From an uncultured Acidobacteriota bacterium (GTDB lineage: Bacteria; Acidobacteriota; Polarisedimenticolia; J045): a stretch of 64,000 nt of DNA. The translations under genes and the position numbers were made by a program. Every line of letters starts with the position of its first letter. The first letter of the stretch is position 1. Shown one piece after another: positions 1 through 12,161 of this stretch. The notes below the pieces were generated by a model. The model searched no databases and was not told the DNA's origin. It saw only the letters and a list, made by a program, of their open reading frames with translations. The DNA is taken from NCBI GenBank assembly GCA_963702425.1, contig CAVPCQ010000015.1, positions 95,382 through 159,381 of the forward strand, given 5' to 3'.

Positions 1-2
1 CC

Positions 3-224
3 GTCGGCCAGTGGGCGCGCGACACGGCCGCCGGGGCGCGCGCGGCGGGCCTCGCCGGCGCGCTCGCCTTCGCGGACGTCGCCGCCGCTGCCGCCGCACT
101 GGCCGGAATGCTGCAGCCCGGGGACCTGGTGCTGGCCAAGGCCTCGCGGGGGGTCGCGCTGGAGCGCGCGCTCCCCGCGCTGTTCGAGCAGTTCCCGGAA
201 CTGGTGCCGGAGGGGGCCCGCTGA
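3..224 (+). CDS. murF: UDP-MurNAc-tripeptide--D-Ala-D-Ala ligase, C-terminal fragment (runs in from window start)
   Basis: Frame starting at nt 3 reads ...LQPGDLVLAKASRGVALE..., the MurF C-terminal GDxVLxKxSRG motif; its TGA (222-224) overlaps the mraY ATG. Confidence 0.85.
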   Translation, partial: VGQWARDTAAGARAAGLAGALAFADVAAAAAALAGMLQPGDLVLAKASRGVALERALPALFEQFPELVPEGAR

Positions 225-1300
225 TGCTCTTCCACCTCCTCTTCCCGCTGCACGAGGTCTTCTCGCCGTTCAATGTTTTCCGCTACATCACCTTCCGCTC
301 GGCCGTGGCGGGCGTAACGGCGATCCTGCTGTCCTTCCTGGTCGGCCCGGCGATGATCCGCTGGCTGCGCACCCGGCAATACGGCCAACAGGTGCGCGAC
401 GACGGGCCGCAGACGCACCTCGCCAAGCAGGGCACCCCGACGATGGGGGGCCTCCTGATCGTCACCGCGATCGTCGTTCCGACGCTGCTCTGGTCGGACC
501 TGTCGAGCGGCCACGTCTGGGTCGCGGTGGCCGCGACGCTGGGCTTCGGGATGATCGGCCTGTGGGACGATGCCCTGAAGCTGCGCGCCAGGAACAGCAA
601 GGGTCTCTCGGCCCGGGGAAAGCTCGCCGCCCAGGCCCTGCTCGCGTCGGCGATCGGCGCCACGCTCTGGTGGACCGGGTTCTCGACCGTGCTGACGGTC
701 CCCTTCTACAAGGCGGGCGGACCCGAGCTGGGCTGGCTGTTCATCCCCTTCACGGTGCTGGTCCTGGTCGGCTCTTCCAACGCAGTGAACCTGACCGACG
801 GGCTGGACGGCCTGGCGATCGGCCTGACCGGGATCGTGATCGGCACCTTCGCGATCCTGGCCTACGCGGCCGGCAACATCGTCATTGCGCGCTACCTCGG
901 CACCCCGGCGGTCGCCGGCGCCGGCGAGCTGTCGGTCTTCGCCCTGGCGGGCGTCGGCGCGGCGCTCGGCTTCCTCTGGTTCAACGCCCACCCGGCCGAG
1001 GTCTTCATGGGCGACGTCGGCTCGATGGGGCTCGGCGGCGCGATCGGCACGCTGGCGGTGATCACGAAGCAGGAGCTGCTGCTGGTCCTGGCGGGCGGGA
1101 TCTTCGTCGCCGAGGCGGCGTCGGTGATCCTGCAGGTCGGCTCGTACCGCTACCGGGGCGGGAAGCGGGTCTTCCGCATGGCTCCCCTGCACCACCACTT
1201 CGAGCTGGGCGGTTGGCACGAGACGAAGGTCGTCATCCGATTCTGGATCCTCGGCATCCTGCTGGCGCTCTCGACGCTGGCGACGCTGAAGCTCCGCTAA
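224..1300 (+). CDS. mraY: Phospho-N-acetylmuramoyl-pentapeptide transferase
   Basis: Motifs KQGTPTMGG, NAVNLTDGLDGLA, FMGDVGS, MAPLHHHFE; ATG at 224 in a TGATG overlap with murF. Confidence 0.97.
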   Translation: MLFHLLFPLHEVFSPFNVFRYITFRSAVAGVTAILLSFLVGPAMIRWLRTRQYGQQVRDDGPQTHLAKQGTPTMGGLLIVTAIVVPTLLWSDLSSGHVWVAVAATLGFGMIGLWDDALKLRARNSKGLSARGKLAAQALLASAIGATLWWTGFSTVLTVPFYKAGGPELGWLFIPFTVLVLVGSSNAVNLTDGLDGLAIGLTGIVIGTFAILAYAAGNIVIARYLGTPAVAGAGELSVFALAGVGAALGFLWFNAHPAEVFMGDVGSMGLGGAIGTLAVITKQELLLVLAGGIFVAEAASVILQVGSYRYRGGKRVFRMAPLHHHFELGGWHETKVVIRFWILGILLALSTLATLKLR

Positions 1301-1311
1301 GGACGGGCGCG

Positions 1312-2694
1312 ATGGGCGAGCCACGGAACGTGCTGGTCGTGGGGCTGGGCCGATCGGGCCGGGCCGCGGCGCGCTTCCTGCTCGCCCGCGGCGACCGCGT
1401 GACCGCGACCGACGCGCTTCCGCTCGAGAAGCTCGACCGCGAGGCGGTCGCGCTCGGCGCCGCCGGGGTGCGCCTGGCCTGCGGCGGCCACGAGGCGCGC
1501 GACTTCGCGGCGGCGGAGCTGGTGGTGCTGTCGCCCGGCGTGCCGGTCACACTGCCGGAACTCGACGCCGCCCGCTCGCGCGGCGTGCCGATCGTCTCCG
1601 AACTCGACCTGGTCGCCGAGCGGGTCGGGCCGCGCGCGGTGCTGATCACCGGGAGCAACGGCAAGACGACGACGACCGCGCTGGTGGCCGAGATGCTCAA
1701 GGCGGCCGGCAGGGACGCGGTCGCCTGCGGCAACTACGGCCTGCCCCTCGTCGACGCCGTGCAGGGCGACAGCGGCAGTCGCTGGTACGCGATCGAGATC
1801 TCGAGCTTCCAGCTCGAGACGACCTTCGCGCTGCGTGCCGCGGCCGCGATCCTGCTCAACGTCCAGGCGGACCACCTCGACCGGCACGGCAGCTTCGCGG
1901 CCTACCGGGCGGCCAAGTTCCGCGTCGCCGACGACCGCGCGAAGGGGGCACCGCTGGTGCTGGGGGCCGACGATCCGGAGCTGGCCCCGCTGGCGGCGAC
2001 CGCGCGCCCGCCGGTCCTCCAGGTCTCGGCGCTGCGGCGCGTGACCGCGGGCGGCTTCGTCGAGCACGGCGAGCTGAAGCTCGCGGTCGGCGGGCGCGAG
2101 GAGACGCTCGCCGGCGCCGTCGAGCTCCAACTCCCGGGCCGTCACAACCGGGTCAACGTGCTCGCCGCGGCGGTCGCACTGCGCGCCGCCGGCTTCCCGC
2201 TCGAGCCCCTGCGTCGCGGGGCGCTGTCCTTCGTCCCGCTGCCGCACCGGCTGCAGGAGGTCGCGCTGGTGCGCGGCGTGCGCTACGTCGACGACTCGAA
2301 GGGAACGAACGTCGGGGCGGTGCTCGAGGCGCTGGTCGCGATGCGCGAGACGCTGGCTCCGGGGGCGCGGATCTTCACGCTGCTCGGCGGACGCGACAAG
2401 GACTCCGACTTCCGACCGCTGCTTGCGTCGCTCGCCGCGCACGGCGGGATCCCGGTCACGTTCGGCGAGGCCGGCCCGCGGATCGCCGACGTGCTGGACG
2501 CGGGCGGGGTCGCGGCGCTCCGGCGCGGCGCGTTGGAGGACGCCGTCGCTCATGCCGCGTCGCTCGCCGTCCCGGGCGACCTCGTGCTGCTCTCGCCCGC
2601 CTGTGCGTCGTTCGACGCCTTCACCGGCTACGCCGCGCGGGGCGACGCTTTCGCCGCCGCCGCGCGGGCCCTCGCCGCGGAGACCGCGCCGTGA
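1312..2694 (+). CDS. murD: UDP-MurNAc-L-Ala--D-glutamate ligase
   Basis: GLGRSG, ITGSNGKTTT, EISSFQL, DHLDRH, DDSKGTN, LSPACASFD; start at ATG 1312 inside the 562..2694 ORF. Confidence 0.96.
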   Translation: MGEPRNVLVVGLGRSGRAAARFLLARGDRVTATDALPLEKLDREAVALGAAGVRLACGGHEARDFAAAELVVLSPGVPVTLPELDAARSRGVPIVSELDLVAERVGPRAVLITGSNGKTTTTALVAEMLKAAGRDAVACGNYGLPLVDAVQGDSGSRWYAIEISSFQLETTFALRAAAAILLNVQADHLDRHGSFAAYRAAKFRVADDRAKGAPLVLGADDPELAPLAATARPPVLQVSALRRVTAGGFVEHGELKLAVGGREETLAGAVELQLPGRHNRVNVLAAAVALRAAGFPLEPLRRGALSFVPLPHRLQEVALVRGVRYVDDSKGTNVGAVLEALVAMRETLAPGARIFTLLGGRDKDSDFRPLLASLAAHGGIPVTFGEAGPRIADVLDAGGVAALRRGALEDAVAHAASLAVPGDLVLLSPACASFDAFTGYAARGDAFAAAARALAAETAP

Positions 2695-3821
2695 ACAGCA
2701 CCCCCGCCGCCCGCTACCGCGCCCAGGCGCCCGATGCGGTCTTCTCCAGCATCGCGCTCGCGCTGCTCGTCGCCGGCGTGCTGATGTCGGCCTCCGCCCG
2801 GGTCTACGCCGAGGCGACCCAGGGCGGCGTGCCGCGTGGGCTCTTCAGTTCCGGCCTGCACCTCGCGGTCGGGCTGCTTCTGCTCGTAATGACCGTCGTC
2901 GTCGACTACCACCGGCTGGCGCGGCCGGGGACGATCTGGGCGATGCTGATCGGGGTTTCGGTGCTGCTCGTCGCGGCGCTGCTCGGGCCGGAGATCGCCA
3001 ACACCCACCGCTGGCTTTCACTCGGCGGCGTGCGTTTCCAGCCCTCGGAACTGACCAAGCCGGTGCTGGTGCTGGCCCTCGCGGCCGCCCTCCTGCGGAC
3101 CGGGACGGAGTTGCGGACCGCGCACGGGCTGGCGCGGCCGATCGGGATCGCGGCCTGGCTCGGCGCGCTGGTGCTGGTGGGCAAGGACCTCGGCACGCCG
3201 GTCCTGCTGTTCGGCGGCACGTTGGCCCTGGTGATCGCCGCGGGTGCGCGCTGGCGGCACGTCGCCGCGCTGGTCGGGGCCGGAATCGCGTTCTTCCGGC
3301 TCTTTGCGGAGATGGAGCCGTACCGCGCCGCGCGGCTCGCTGACTTCACCTCGGCGGTGATCTTCGACCCGCACCGGCTGGGCGACATCGAATACCAGCT
3401 ACGGCAGTCGATCATCGCGATCGGCTCGGGCGGGCCCCTCGGCCGCGGCTTCGGCGCCTCGACGCAGAAGGCCTTTTTCCTGCCCAAGGCCGACAACGAC
3501 TTCATCTTCGCGTTGATCTGCGAGGAGCTGGGCCTGTGGGGGGGCGTGGCGGTGGTGACCGCGTTCCTGCTCCTGGCCTGGCGTGGCTGGGTAGCGGGCG
3601 AGCGCGCGCCGGACGACCTGGGGCGACTGATCGCGCTCGGCGCCACGGTGCTGCTGGTCGGTCAGGGGCTCTGCCACATGGGCGTCGTCACCGGCCTACT
3701 GCCGACCAAGGGCCTGCCGCTGCCGTTCCTCTCGACCGGCGGCAGCTCGGTCGTCGCGAGCTGCATCCTCGTCGGGCTGGTACTGAACGTCTCCGTCCGG
3801 AGCCGGCGCGATGACCACTGA
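2691..3821 (+). CDS. ftsW: SEDS peptidoglycan polymerase FtsW
   Basis: RW..GG.RFQPSE, IAIGSGG..G.G, DFIFALICEELG, LPTKGLPLPFLSTGGSS; position in dcw cluster. Confidence 0.95.
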   Translation: MNSTPAARYRAQAPDAVFSSIALALLVAGVLMSASARVYAEATQGGVPRGLFSSGLHLAVGLLLLVMTVVVDYHRLARPGTIWAMLIGVSVLLVAALLGPEIANTHRWLSLGGVRFQPSELTKPVLVLALAAALLRTGTELRTAHGLARPIGIAAWLGALVLVGKDLGTPVLLFGGTLALVIAAGARWRHVAALVGAGIAFFRLFAEMEPYRAARLADFTSAVIFDPHRLGDIEYQLRQSIIAIGSGGPLGRGFGASTQKAFFLPKADNDFIFALICEELGLWGGVAVVTAFLLLAWRGWVAGERAPDDLGRLIALGATVLLVGQGLCHMGVVTGLLPTKGLPLPFLSTGGSSVVASCILVGLVLNVSVRSRRDDH

Positions 3822-4889
3822 CGCCCGGAGCGCGCCGATCGTGATCGCCGGCGGCGGAACCGGCGGTCACGTGTTCCCCGGCCTCGCCCTGGCCGAGGAG
3901 CTGCGCCGCCGCCGCCCGGAGCGGCCGCTGGCGTGGGTCGGTGCGCGCGGCGGGATCGAGGAGCGGCTTGTGCCGCGGGCCGGGATCCCGCTGGCGGTGC
4001 TGCCGATGAGCGGCCTCGCGCGCGTTGGAGCGTTCGAGCGCGCCGGTGCGCTCGCCCGGGCCCTGTTTGCGACGCTGCGGCTCGCCGGCCGCTTCCTGGT
4101 GAAGCGCCCGGCACTCGTGGTCGGCGTCGGCGGGTTCGCCTCCGGGCCGGCGGTGCTGGCGGCGGCGCTCCTGCGGGTACCGACGCTGCTGCTCGAGCAG
4201 AACGCCGTCGCCGGGATGACGAACCGGTCGCTCGCACGCTGGGCTTCGGCCGTGGCCGCGAGCTTCGCGGAGAGCGCAAAGGACCTCCCGGGGCGGGTCG
4301 TCGTGACCGGCAACCCGGTGCGGGCCGAGATCGCCGCGATTCCCGAGCGTCGGCCCGGTCCGGTCCGCCGCGTGCTCGGCTTCGGCGGCAGCCGCGGCGC
4401 GCACGCGCTCAACCTGGCCTGGGCCGGCGCACTGCCGCGCCTGGCCGGCCTTCCGGTAGCGTTCACGCTGCAGACCGGCGAGACCGACCTCGCGCTCGTG
4501 CGCAACGCTGCGGTCGCGGCGGGGATCGAGGCCGAGGTGCTCGCCTTCCTCGACGACCTGCCCGCCCGGCTGGCCGCCGCCGACCTGGTCGTCTCCCGGG
4601 CCGGCGCGACGACCGTCGCCGAGCTGACCGCTGCGGGCCGCGCCGCGGTTCTGGTCCCCTTCCCGCAGGCCGCGAACGATCACCAGCGCGCGAACGCCCT
4701 GGCCCTTGCGGCCCGCGGCGCGGCCCGCGTGCTCGAGCAGAAGGAGCTCACCCCCGAGCGCCTGGCCGAACTGCTCCACGCGGCGGTGCGCGAGCCGGGC
4801 ACGGTCGACGCGATGGCGTGCGCGGCGCGGGGCTGCGGCATCCCGGATGCCGCCGCGCGTGTCGCCGATCTGGCCGAGGAGCTAGCCGC

Positions 4890-4893
<4 letters not shown>
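3811..4893 (+). CDS. murG: Lipid II GlcNAc transferase MurG
   Basis: GGGTGGHVFPG, EQNA, TGNPVR, GGSRGA, SRAGATTVAE, DHQRANA. Confidence 0.97.
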
Positions 4894-6280
<1,387 letters not shown>

Positions 6281-6284
<4 letters not shown>

Positions 6285-7219
6285 ACGAGGGGACGATGGT
6301 CGCGGCGGAGCGCGGGTTCTACGAGACGGCAGCCGAGCGCGCAGGGGTGCGCGCGCTGGCCGAGGAGCCGCTCGCGCGCCATACGACGATGCGCGTCGGC
6401 GGCCCCGCGCAGTGGTTCTTCCTGCCCGGGACGCCGGAATCCGCAGCGCGCCTGTGGGCCGAACTCCGGCGCGGCCCGCTGCCGCTGCGGATCCTCGGCT
6501 GGGGCAGCAATGTGGTCGCCGTCGACGAGGGAATCCGGGCCGCGGTCGTCTGCACCGACGCGCTGCGCCGCGACCCGGAACTGCTGGCGGACCACCGGGT
6601 TCTGGCGTGGGCCGGCGTGCCGGTGCCGGGGCTCGCGCGCTGGGCGGCGACCCACGGCCTTGCGGGCCTGGAGTTCGCGGAGGGGATCCCGGCCCAGCTC
6701 GGCGGCGCGGTGCGGATGAACGCCGGGGCCAATCGGTCGTCGTTCTCCGAGGTCGTCGAGATGGCGCTGGTGGCAGGCGACGACGGCACCGTCGTCGAAC
6801 GGGTGCTCGGCCCCGCGGACTTTGCCTACCGCGAGAGCTTCGCCTCCCGGGAGCGGCTCTTCGTGCTCGGCGCCCGGCTGCGCCTCGCGCCGGGCGACCC
6901 GGCGGAGATCCGCGCCCGGATGACCGGGTACCGCGACCGGCGGCGCGCGACGCAGCCGATCCAGCTCCCCTCCGCGGGGTGCGTCTTCGCCAACTACGCC
7001 GACCACTCGGTGGGGGCGCTGGTCGAGCGCCTCGGGCTGAAAGGGACGCGGCGCGGCGACGCGGAGGTCTCCACCCTGCACGGAAACTTCATCGTCAACC
7101 GCGGGCGCGCGAGCGCCGCCGACGTCCTCGGGCTGCTCGAGGAGGTCCACGCTGCGCTGGCCGCGGCGACCGGCCGGCCGCCGCGGATCGAGATCGAGAT
7201 CTGGAGGGACGAGGCGTGA
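6281..7219 (+). CDS. murB: UDP-N-acetylenolpyruvoylglucosamine reductase
   Basis: HTTMRVGGPA, GxGSN, GLEFAEGIP, MNAGA, PSAGCVFAN, HGNFIVN. Confidence 0.95.
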
Positions 7220-8103
7220 ACGAGGCGCTCTCCTTCATCCGGCGCCAGCGCAGGCCGAAGCGCCGCAAGGTGGCGCGGCGGCCGCGCTGGATCTGGCCGG
7301 CCGCGGCCTTCGGTGCGCTGTGCGCGGCGGCCGGCCTCTGGCTGGGCCTGCGCGCACTGCTGACCGCGCCGGTGGTGCGGGTACGCAAGGTCGACGTCTC
7401 CGGCACCGCGCGCCTGACGCCCGACCGCGTCCAGCGCGCCGTGGCCGACGCCGTCGGGCAGCCGATCCTGCTGCTCGATCTGGATGCCCTGCGCGCGCGG
7501 ATCGAGGACGTGGCCGGGGTCAAGGCGGCCGCGATCGCGCGCCACATGCCGGACCTGCTCCAGGTTCGGGTCGTCGAGCGCGAGGCGGTCCTGCGCACCA
7601 CGATCGGCGGCGCGGCAGCGATGCTCGACGCGACGGGAGCGATCTTCCCCGCCGGTCGCGCCCAGGCCGGCGACGAGCACCTGCCGGCGGCGACCGGATT
7701 CGACACGGTGATGGGCGCGGCCCGGCTCATCCCGCGCGACCAGTCGGCGCTGCGCGCGCTGGCGGCGCTGCGGAAAGCGGCGCCGGCCGTCGCCGCGGTC
7801 ACGCCGGCGACGTTCGACCTTTCCGAGCCGGACCGGATCGTGCTGACGCTCGAGGGGGAGACGCCCCCGCTCTGGCTCGATCGCGAGCAGCCGGAGCGCA
7901 ACCTCTCGCAGTTCTTCGCCTGGCGCGAGCGCGTGACCGATCTCGCGACCGGGCGCCCGATCGACCTGCGGTTTCCGAACCGCCTGACCCTGGTGGCGGT
8001 CGAGCTGCCTCCGGAGGCCGCCGTTCCAGACGCCGCCGCCGATACCTATCCCCCGGACACCACGCCGGCGCCCACCGCGCGCCGGACCGCCCTGACGGAA
8101 TGA
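7216..8103 (+). CDS. ftsQ: Cell division protein FtsQ/DivIB
   Basis: Basic N-tail, one TM helix, POTRA-like region, C-terminal IDLRF motif; GTG 7216 overlaps the murB stop; lies before ftsA. Confidence 0.85.
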   Translation: MNEALSFIRRQRRPKRRKVARRPRWIWPAAAFGALCAAAGLWLGLRALLTAPVVRVRKVDVSGTARLTPDRVQRAVADAVGQPILLLDLDALRARIEDVAGVKAAAIARHMPDLLQVRVVEREAVLRTTIGGAAAMLDATGAIFPAGRAQAGDEHLPAATGFDTVMGAARLIPRDQSALRALAALRKAAPAVAAVTPATFDLSEPDRIVLTLEGETPPLWLDREQPERNLSQFFAWRERVTDLATGRPIDLRFPNRLTLVAVELPPEAAVPDAAADTYPPDTTPAPTARRTALTE

Positions 8104-8111
8104 GGTGACGA

Positions 8112-9359
8112 ATGCCCAAGACGAACAACCTGCTGACCTCGATCGACCTGGGCACCCACCGGTGCTGCTGCGTCATCTCCGAGATCTCCGGACCGGAATC
8201 GGTCGAGGTGATCGGCGTCGGATCGCGCCGCACCGACGGGATCCGCAAGGGAGTGATCGTGAACCTCGAGGCGCTCGTGGCCTCGATCCGCGGCGCGATC
8301 GACCAGGCCGAGTCCGACGCCAACGCCACGGTCCACTCCGTGATCGCCTCGGTCCCGGCCGCGCAGGCCAGGTCGTTCACCTCACGCGGCGGGGTCACGG
8401 TCGCCGCGCGCGACCGGGTCGTAACGCGCAAGGACCTCGCCAAGGTCGACGAGATGGTCCGCGCGGTGCAGATCCCGCCCGGGCAGTCGATCCTCCACGT
8501 CGTGCCGCAGGAGTTCACGCTCGACGGCCAGGAGGGGATCCAGGACCCGGTCGGCATGACCGGCTCGCGGCTCGAGGGGAGCTTCCACGTCGTCACCGTG
8601 CCGCAGCAGACCGCGCAGCACGTCGTGACCGCGCTCAACGCGGCCCACATCGACAACGTCGAGTCGCTGGTCTACCCGCTGCTCGCGTCGAGCGAGGCGG
8701 TGCTCACGCGCGAGGAGCGGGACAACGGCGTCTTCCTGATCGACTGCGGCGCGGGGACGACCGACCTGGCACTGTTCGAGCGCGGCGCGCTCTGGTTCAC
8801 CGGCTCCTACCCGGTGGCCGGCGACCTGATCACCAACGACATCTCGATCGGCCTGCGGACCCCGGTGCCGGAGGCCGAGGCGCTCAAGCGCTCGCAGGCG
8901 CGCGCGGTGGCGGGCCTCGACGACGACGTGGTGCTCGAGGTCCCGACCGTCGGGGGCGGCGCCCCGCGGCTGGTCGCCTGCTCGCTCCTGACGCAGGTCG
9001 TCGCGCCGCGGGTGATGGAGATCTTCGAGCTGTCGCGGCAGATCATGGACCGCTTCAAGCTCCACCACCGGGCACGCGCGGGTGCGGTGCTCGTGGGCGG
9101 GACCGCGAACCTCGACGGGATCGTCGAGGTCGCGGAGGAAGTGCTCGGCATGCCGGTGCGCGTGGGGGTGCCGCAGGGCGTCCTCTCGCGGGCGGGCGAG
9201 ATCGACGCGCCGAGCTTCGCGGGGCCCGTGGGGCTGCTGGCGTGGGAGATGCGCGTGGGGCGGCGGCAACGGGCCGCCAAGACGGTCAGCCGGAATCCGC
9301 TCCACCTGATCCGGGAGAGCGTGGGACGGGCTTCGCAGTGGTTCGGACAGATGTTCTGA
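8112..9359 (+). CDS. ftsA: Cell division protein FtsA
   Basis: [43 protein letters not shown]-terminal amphipathic WFGQMF. Confidence 0.96.
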   Translation: MPKTNNLLTSIDLGTHRCCCVISEISGPESVEVIGVGSRRTDGIRKGVIVNLEALVASIRGAIDQAESDANATVHSVIASVPAAQARSFTSRGGVTVAARDRVVTRKDLAKVDEMVRAVQIPPGQSILHVVPQEFTLDGQEGIQDPVGMTGSRLEGSFHVVTVPQQTAQHVVTALNAAHIDNVESLVYPLLASSEAVLTREERDNGVFLIDCGAGTTDLALFERGALWFTGSYPVAGDLITNDISIGLRTPVPEAEALKRSQARAVAGLDDDVVLEVPTVGGGAPRLVACSLLTQVVAPRVMEIFELSRQIMDRFKLHHRARAGAVLVGGTANLDGIVEVAEEVLGMPVRVGVPQGVLSRAGEIDAPSFAGPVGLLAWEMRVGRRQRAAKTVSRNPLHLIRESVGRASQWFGQMF

Positions 9360-9388
9360 GCCCGATGGATCGACGGGAGGCAACAGCG

Positions 9389-10675
9389 ATGGAAACCAGG
9401 AACGAGAGCACGGGGTCGCGGCAGAAGTTCACGCTCGACGATCTCGAGGAGGCCGGCCGGCTGCACTTTGCGGCGCTGGACGGGCGGACCACGCCGCTGG
9501 GCGCCGTGATCAAGGTCGTGGGCGTGGGCGGCGGCGGCAACAACGCGATCAATCGGATGATCGGAGCGGGGGTCTCGGGCGTCGAGTTCATCAGCGTGAA
9601 CACCGACATGCAGGCGCTGGAGCTGTCGCGCGCGGCGCGGAAGATCCAGATCGGCGGCCAGCTGACGCGCGGCCTCGGCGCCGGCGCCAAGCCCGAGGTC
9701 GGGCGGGACGCGGCGCTCGAGGACACTGAGCGGCTGCTCGACGCGCTGGTCGGCGCCGACATGGTGTTCGTCACCGCAGGCCTCGGCGGCGGCACCGGCA
9801 CCGGGGCCTCCCCGATCATCGCCGGCCTCGCGGCCGAGCTGGGCGCGCTCGTGGTGGCGGTCGTCACCAAGCCGTTCGGCTTCGAAGGGCGGCGGCGGCG
9901 CGACCAGGCCGAGCTGGGCCTGCTCGAGCTGAAGAAGTCTGTCGACACCGTGATCGCGATCCCCAACGAGAAGCTGCTGGCCACGGTGGCCCGCGATACC
10001 TCGATGCAGAACGCCTTCATGATGGCCGACGACGTCCTGCGCCAGGCGGTCCAGGGGATCTCCGATCTGATTCTCGTCCCGGGCGACATCAACCGCGACT
10101 TCGCGGACGTGCGCACCGTGATGAAGGGGATGGGGATGGCGCTGATGGGGACCGGGATCGCGGAGGGCGAGCACCGCGCGGTCGCTGCGGCGCAGCAGGC
10201 GATCAGCTCTCCGCTGCTCGAGGACACCTCGATCCAGGGGGCGCAGGGCGTGATCTTCAACATCACGGGCGGCGACGACCTGTCGCTGCACGAGGTCAAC
10301 GAGGCGGCGCAAATCGTTCACGACGCCTGCGACCCCGACGCCACGATCCTCTTCGGCTACGTCGCACGGCCCGAGATGCGCGGCCGGGTCAAGGTGACGG
10401 TCATCGCGACCGGCTTCAGCCAGCCGATCGCCCCTCGCCCGGAGCGGATCGAGGCGCCGCGCCTCGTCCAGGGGCTCGCGACGCCCGCCATGGCGCCGAT
10501 GGACCAGCCGCTCGAGTTCGACCCGATCCCGGCACCGATCGTCACTCCGCAGCGCCTGACCAGCCTCGAGGACTTCCCCCCGTTCGGCGACGACGGGATG
10601 CTGCCGCACCTCGACCGCTCGTCCGACATCACCGACTACGAGATCCCGACGTACATCCGCCGGATGCAGGACTGA
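9389..10675 (+). CDS. ftsZ: Cell division GTPase FtsZ
   Basis: [26 protein letters not shown] signature, N.DFADV, C-terminal EIPTYIRR; GGAGG RBS before ATG 9389. Confidence 0.98.
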   Translation: METRNESTGSRQKFTLDDLEEAGRLHFAALDGRTTPLGAVIKVVGVGGGGNNAINRMIGAGVSGVEFISVNTDMQALELSRAARKIQIGGQLTRGLGAGAKPEVGRDAALEDTERLLDALVGADMVFVTAGLGGGTGTGASPIIAGLAAELGALVVAVVTKPFGFEGRRRRDQAELGLLELKKSVDTVIAIPNEKLLATVARDTSMQNAFMMADDVLRQAVQGISDLILVPGDINRDFADVRTVMKGMGMALMGTGIAEGEHRAVAAAQQAISSPLLEDTSIQGAQGVIFNITGGDDLSLHEVNEAAQIVHDACDPDATILFGYVARPEMRGRVKVTVIATGFSQPIAPRPERIEAPRLVQGLATPAMAPMDQPLEFDPIPAPIVTPQRLTSLEDFPPFGDDGMLPHLDRSSDITDYEIPTYIRRMQD

Positions 10676-10679
10676 TCCG

Positions 10680-11756
10680 GTGTCGACCCGCCTGCGCGCG
10701 CTGCGACCGGAGGTCCGGCGACGGGTGCTGGTCATCGACGGCGACGCCGCTGTCGCGTCGGCCGTCGTACGGCTCTGTCGTACGACGGGAATCGAGGTCG
10801 TGCATGCAGAGGACGGCGAGCGCGGCCTGGCCTTCGCCGCAGAGCAGGCCCCGGACCTGATCCTGCTCGACCTCGCGCTGCCGGGTCGCGATGGGATCGA
10901 CGTGCTGCCGGACCTACGGGCCGAGCCTGCGCTCGCCTCGGTTCCGATCGTGGTCGTCTCGGGGCGCGCCTCGCGCGTGGCGCAGTCGGCGGCGTTCCGC
11001 GCCGGCGCCGACGATTTCATCACCAAGCCGTTCCACGGCACCGACCTCGACGCGCGGGTGCGCGCCAACCTCAGGAAGCGCGACCTGTACCTGCGGCTGG
11101 AGCGCACCAACCAGGAGCTGCGCGCGGCCAACGAGCGATGGAGGACCCTCTCCGCGACCGACGAGCTGACCTCCCTGGCGAACCGCCGTGCGCTCTCCTC
11201 CCGGCTCGCGGAGGAATTCGCGAGGGCCGAGCGGTACGAGACCCCGCTCTCGGTCGTCGCGGCGGATCTCGACGGCTTCAAGCAGCTCAACGACACCTAC
11301 GGGCACGGCGTCGGCGATCGCGTACTGTCGCAGATGGCCCGCCGGCTGCGGGCGCTGGCCCGCGCGACGGACCTCGTCGCGCGCATCGGAGGCGACGAAT
11401 TCGCCTTCGTGCTCCCACACACCGGCCTCGCCGACGCCCGCGCCTTCGCCGAGCGCCTGCTCGCCCGCTTCGATGTCGTCCCGCTCCGCCTCCCGGGCGG
11501 CGACGCGATCGCCGTGCGATTGTCCTGCGGCGTCGCGACGCTACCCGACAGCGGACCGGTCGAATCGGCGGACGCGCTGCTCGAGGCCGCCGACCGCGCG
11601 CTCTACGAGGCCAAGCGGGCCGGCGGCGCGCGCGCGATCTGCGCGCGCCCGGAGCAGATCCCGCGCAACCGGCCGCTGCCGGTGGACCCGCTCGAACGCC
11701 TTGCCGAATTCCACCCGTCCCGCCGCGAAAGCGGGATGGGCGCACAACCGGACTGA
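10680..11756 (+). CDS. Response-regulator diguanylate cyclase (REC + GGDEF)
   Basis: REC domain (LILLD, GADDFITKPF), coiled linker, TDELT..ANRR, D.D.FK..ND.YGH..GD, RATD I-site, GGDEF. Confidence 0.92.
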   Translation: MSTRLRALRPEVRRRVLVIDGDAAVASAVVRLCRTTGIEVVHAEDGERGLAFAAEQAPDLILLDLALPGRDGIDVLPDLRAEPALASVPIVVVSGRASRVAQSAAFRAGADDFITKPFHGTDLDARVRANLRKRDLYLRLERTNQELRAANERWRTLSATDELTSLANRRALSSRLAEEFARAERYETPLSVVAADLDGFKQLNDTYGHGVGDRVLSQMARRLRALARATDLVARIGGDEFAFVLPHTGLADARAFAERLLARFDVVPLRLPGGDAIAVRLSCGVATLPDSGPVESADALLEAADRALYEAKRAGGARAICARPEQIPRNRPLPVDPLERLAEFHPSRRESGMGAQPD

Positions 11757-11920
11757 ACGGTCCGGTCCGGGGGAAAGGACCCGACGGTGATTCTCGCCGC
11801 TTCAACCCTCCCGCCACCCCAGGCGCATGTCGCGCCCCGGCCCGCCGGACTTCCCGCCGGCGAGGCCGCGAACCCACTTCCCTGACCCGGCGGACCTTTC
11901 CCCCGCGCTTTTTGCACGAA

Positions 11921-11950
11921 GGGGCGGCCGGTAGGCCGCCCCTGCTCTTT
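11921..11950. terminator. Probable intrinsic terminator between convergent transcription units
   Basis: 9-bp stem GGGGCGGCC-ggta-GGCCGCCCC followed by tgctcttt on +. Confidence 0.5.
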
Positions 11951-11998
11951 CCGCGTGCGCCCGGCCCGGGGCATCCGTGCCGGCGAACGGGGTCGGCG

Positions 11999-12161
11999 AG
12001 TGTCACGTAACCGAAGTCAGGTTAATGCCAGGGCGAGGATGGCGAGCCGAGGGCAAGGCGCGACGACGCCGCTGTACTGAACCGTACAGCAAGGAGGAGC
12101 AACGCAGCCATCGGCTTGCCAGACCGCCCCGGCGTTAACATGACTTCGGTTACGTGACACT
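11999..12161. mobile_element. Palindromic MITE-like element (~163 bp), IS630-like CACTAG end
   Basis: Terminal inverted repeats AGTGTCACGTAACCGAAGTCAgGTTAAtGCC and GGCgTTAACaTGACTTCGGTTACGTGACACT (29/31 match); further imperfect pairing inside; central hairpin GCTGTAC-tgaacc-GTACAGC; no transposase. Confidence 0.65.

Noticed and set aside
8105-9388. Apparent 856-aa FtsZ with a huge N-terminal extension
   Set aside because: The extension overlaps ftsA in another frame; the RBS and ATG at 9389 give a normal FtsZ
11765-11910. RNase P, SRP or tRNA gene
   Set aside because: GGAAAGGTCC and GGAAGTCCG only loosely resemble RNase P; no SRP GGAA-loop motif or cloverleaf; kept only as an unclassified candidate
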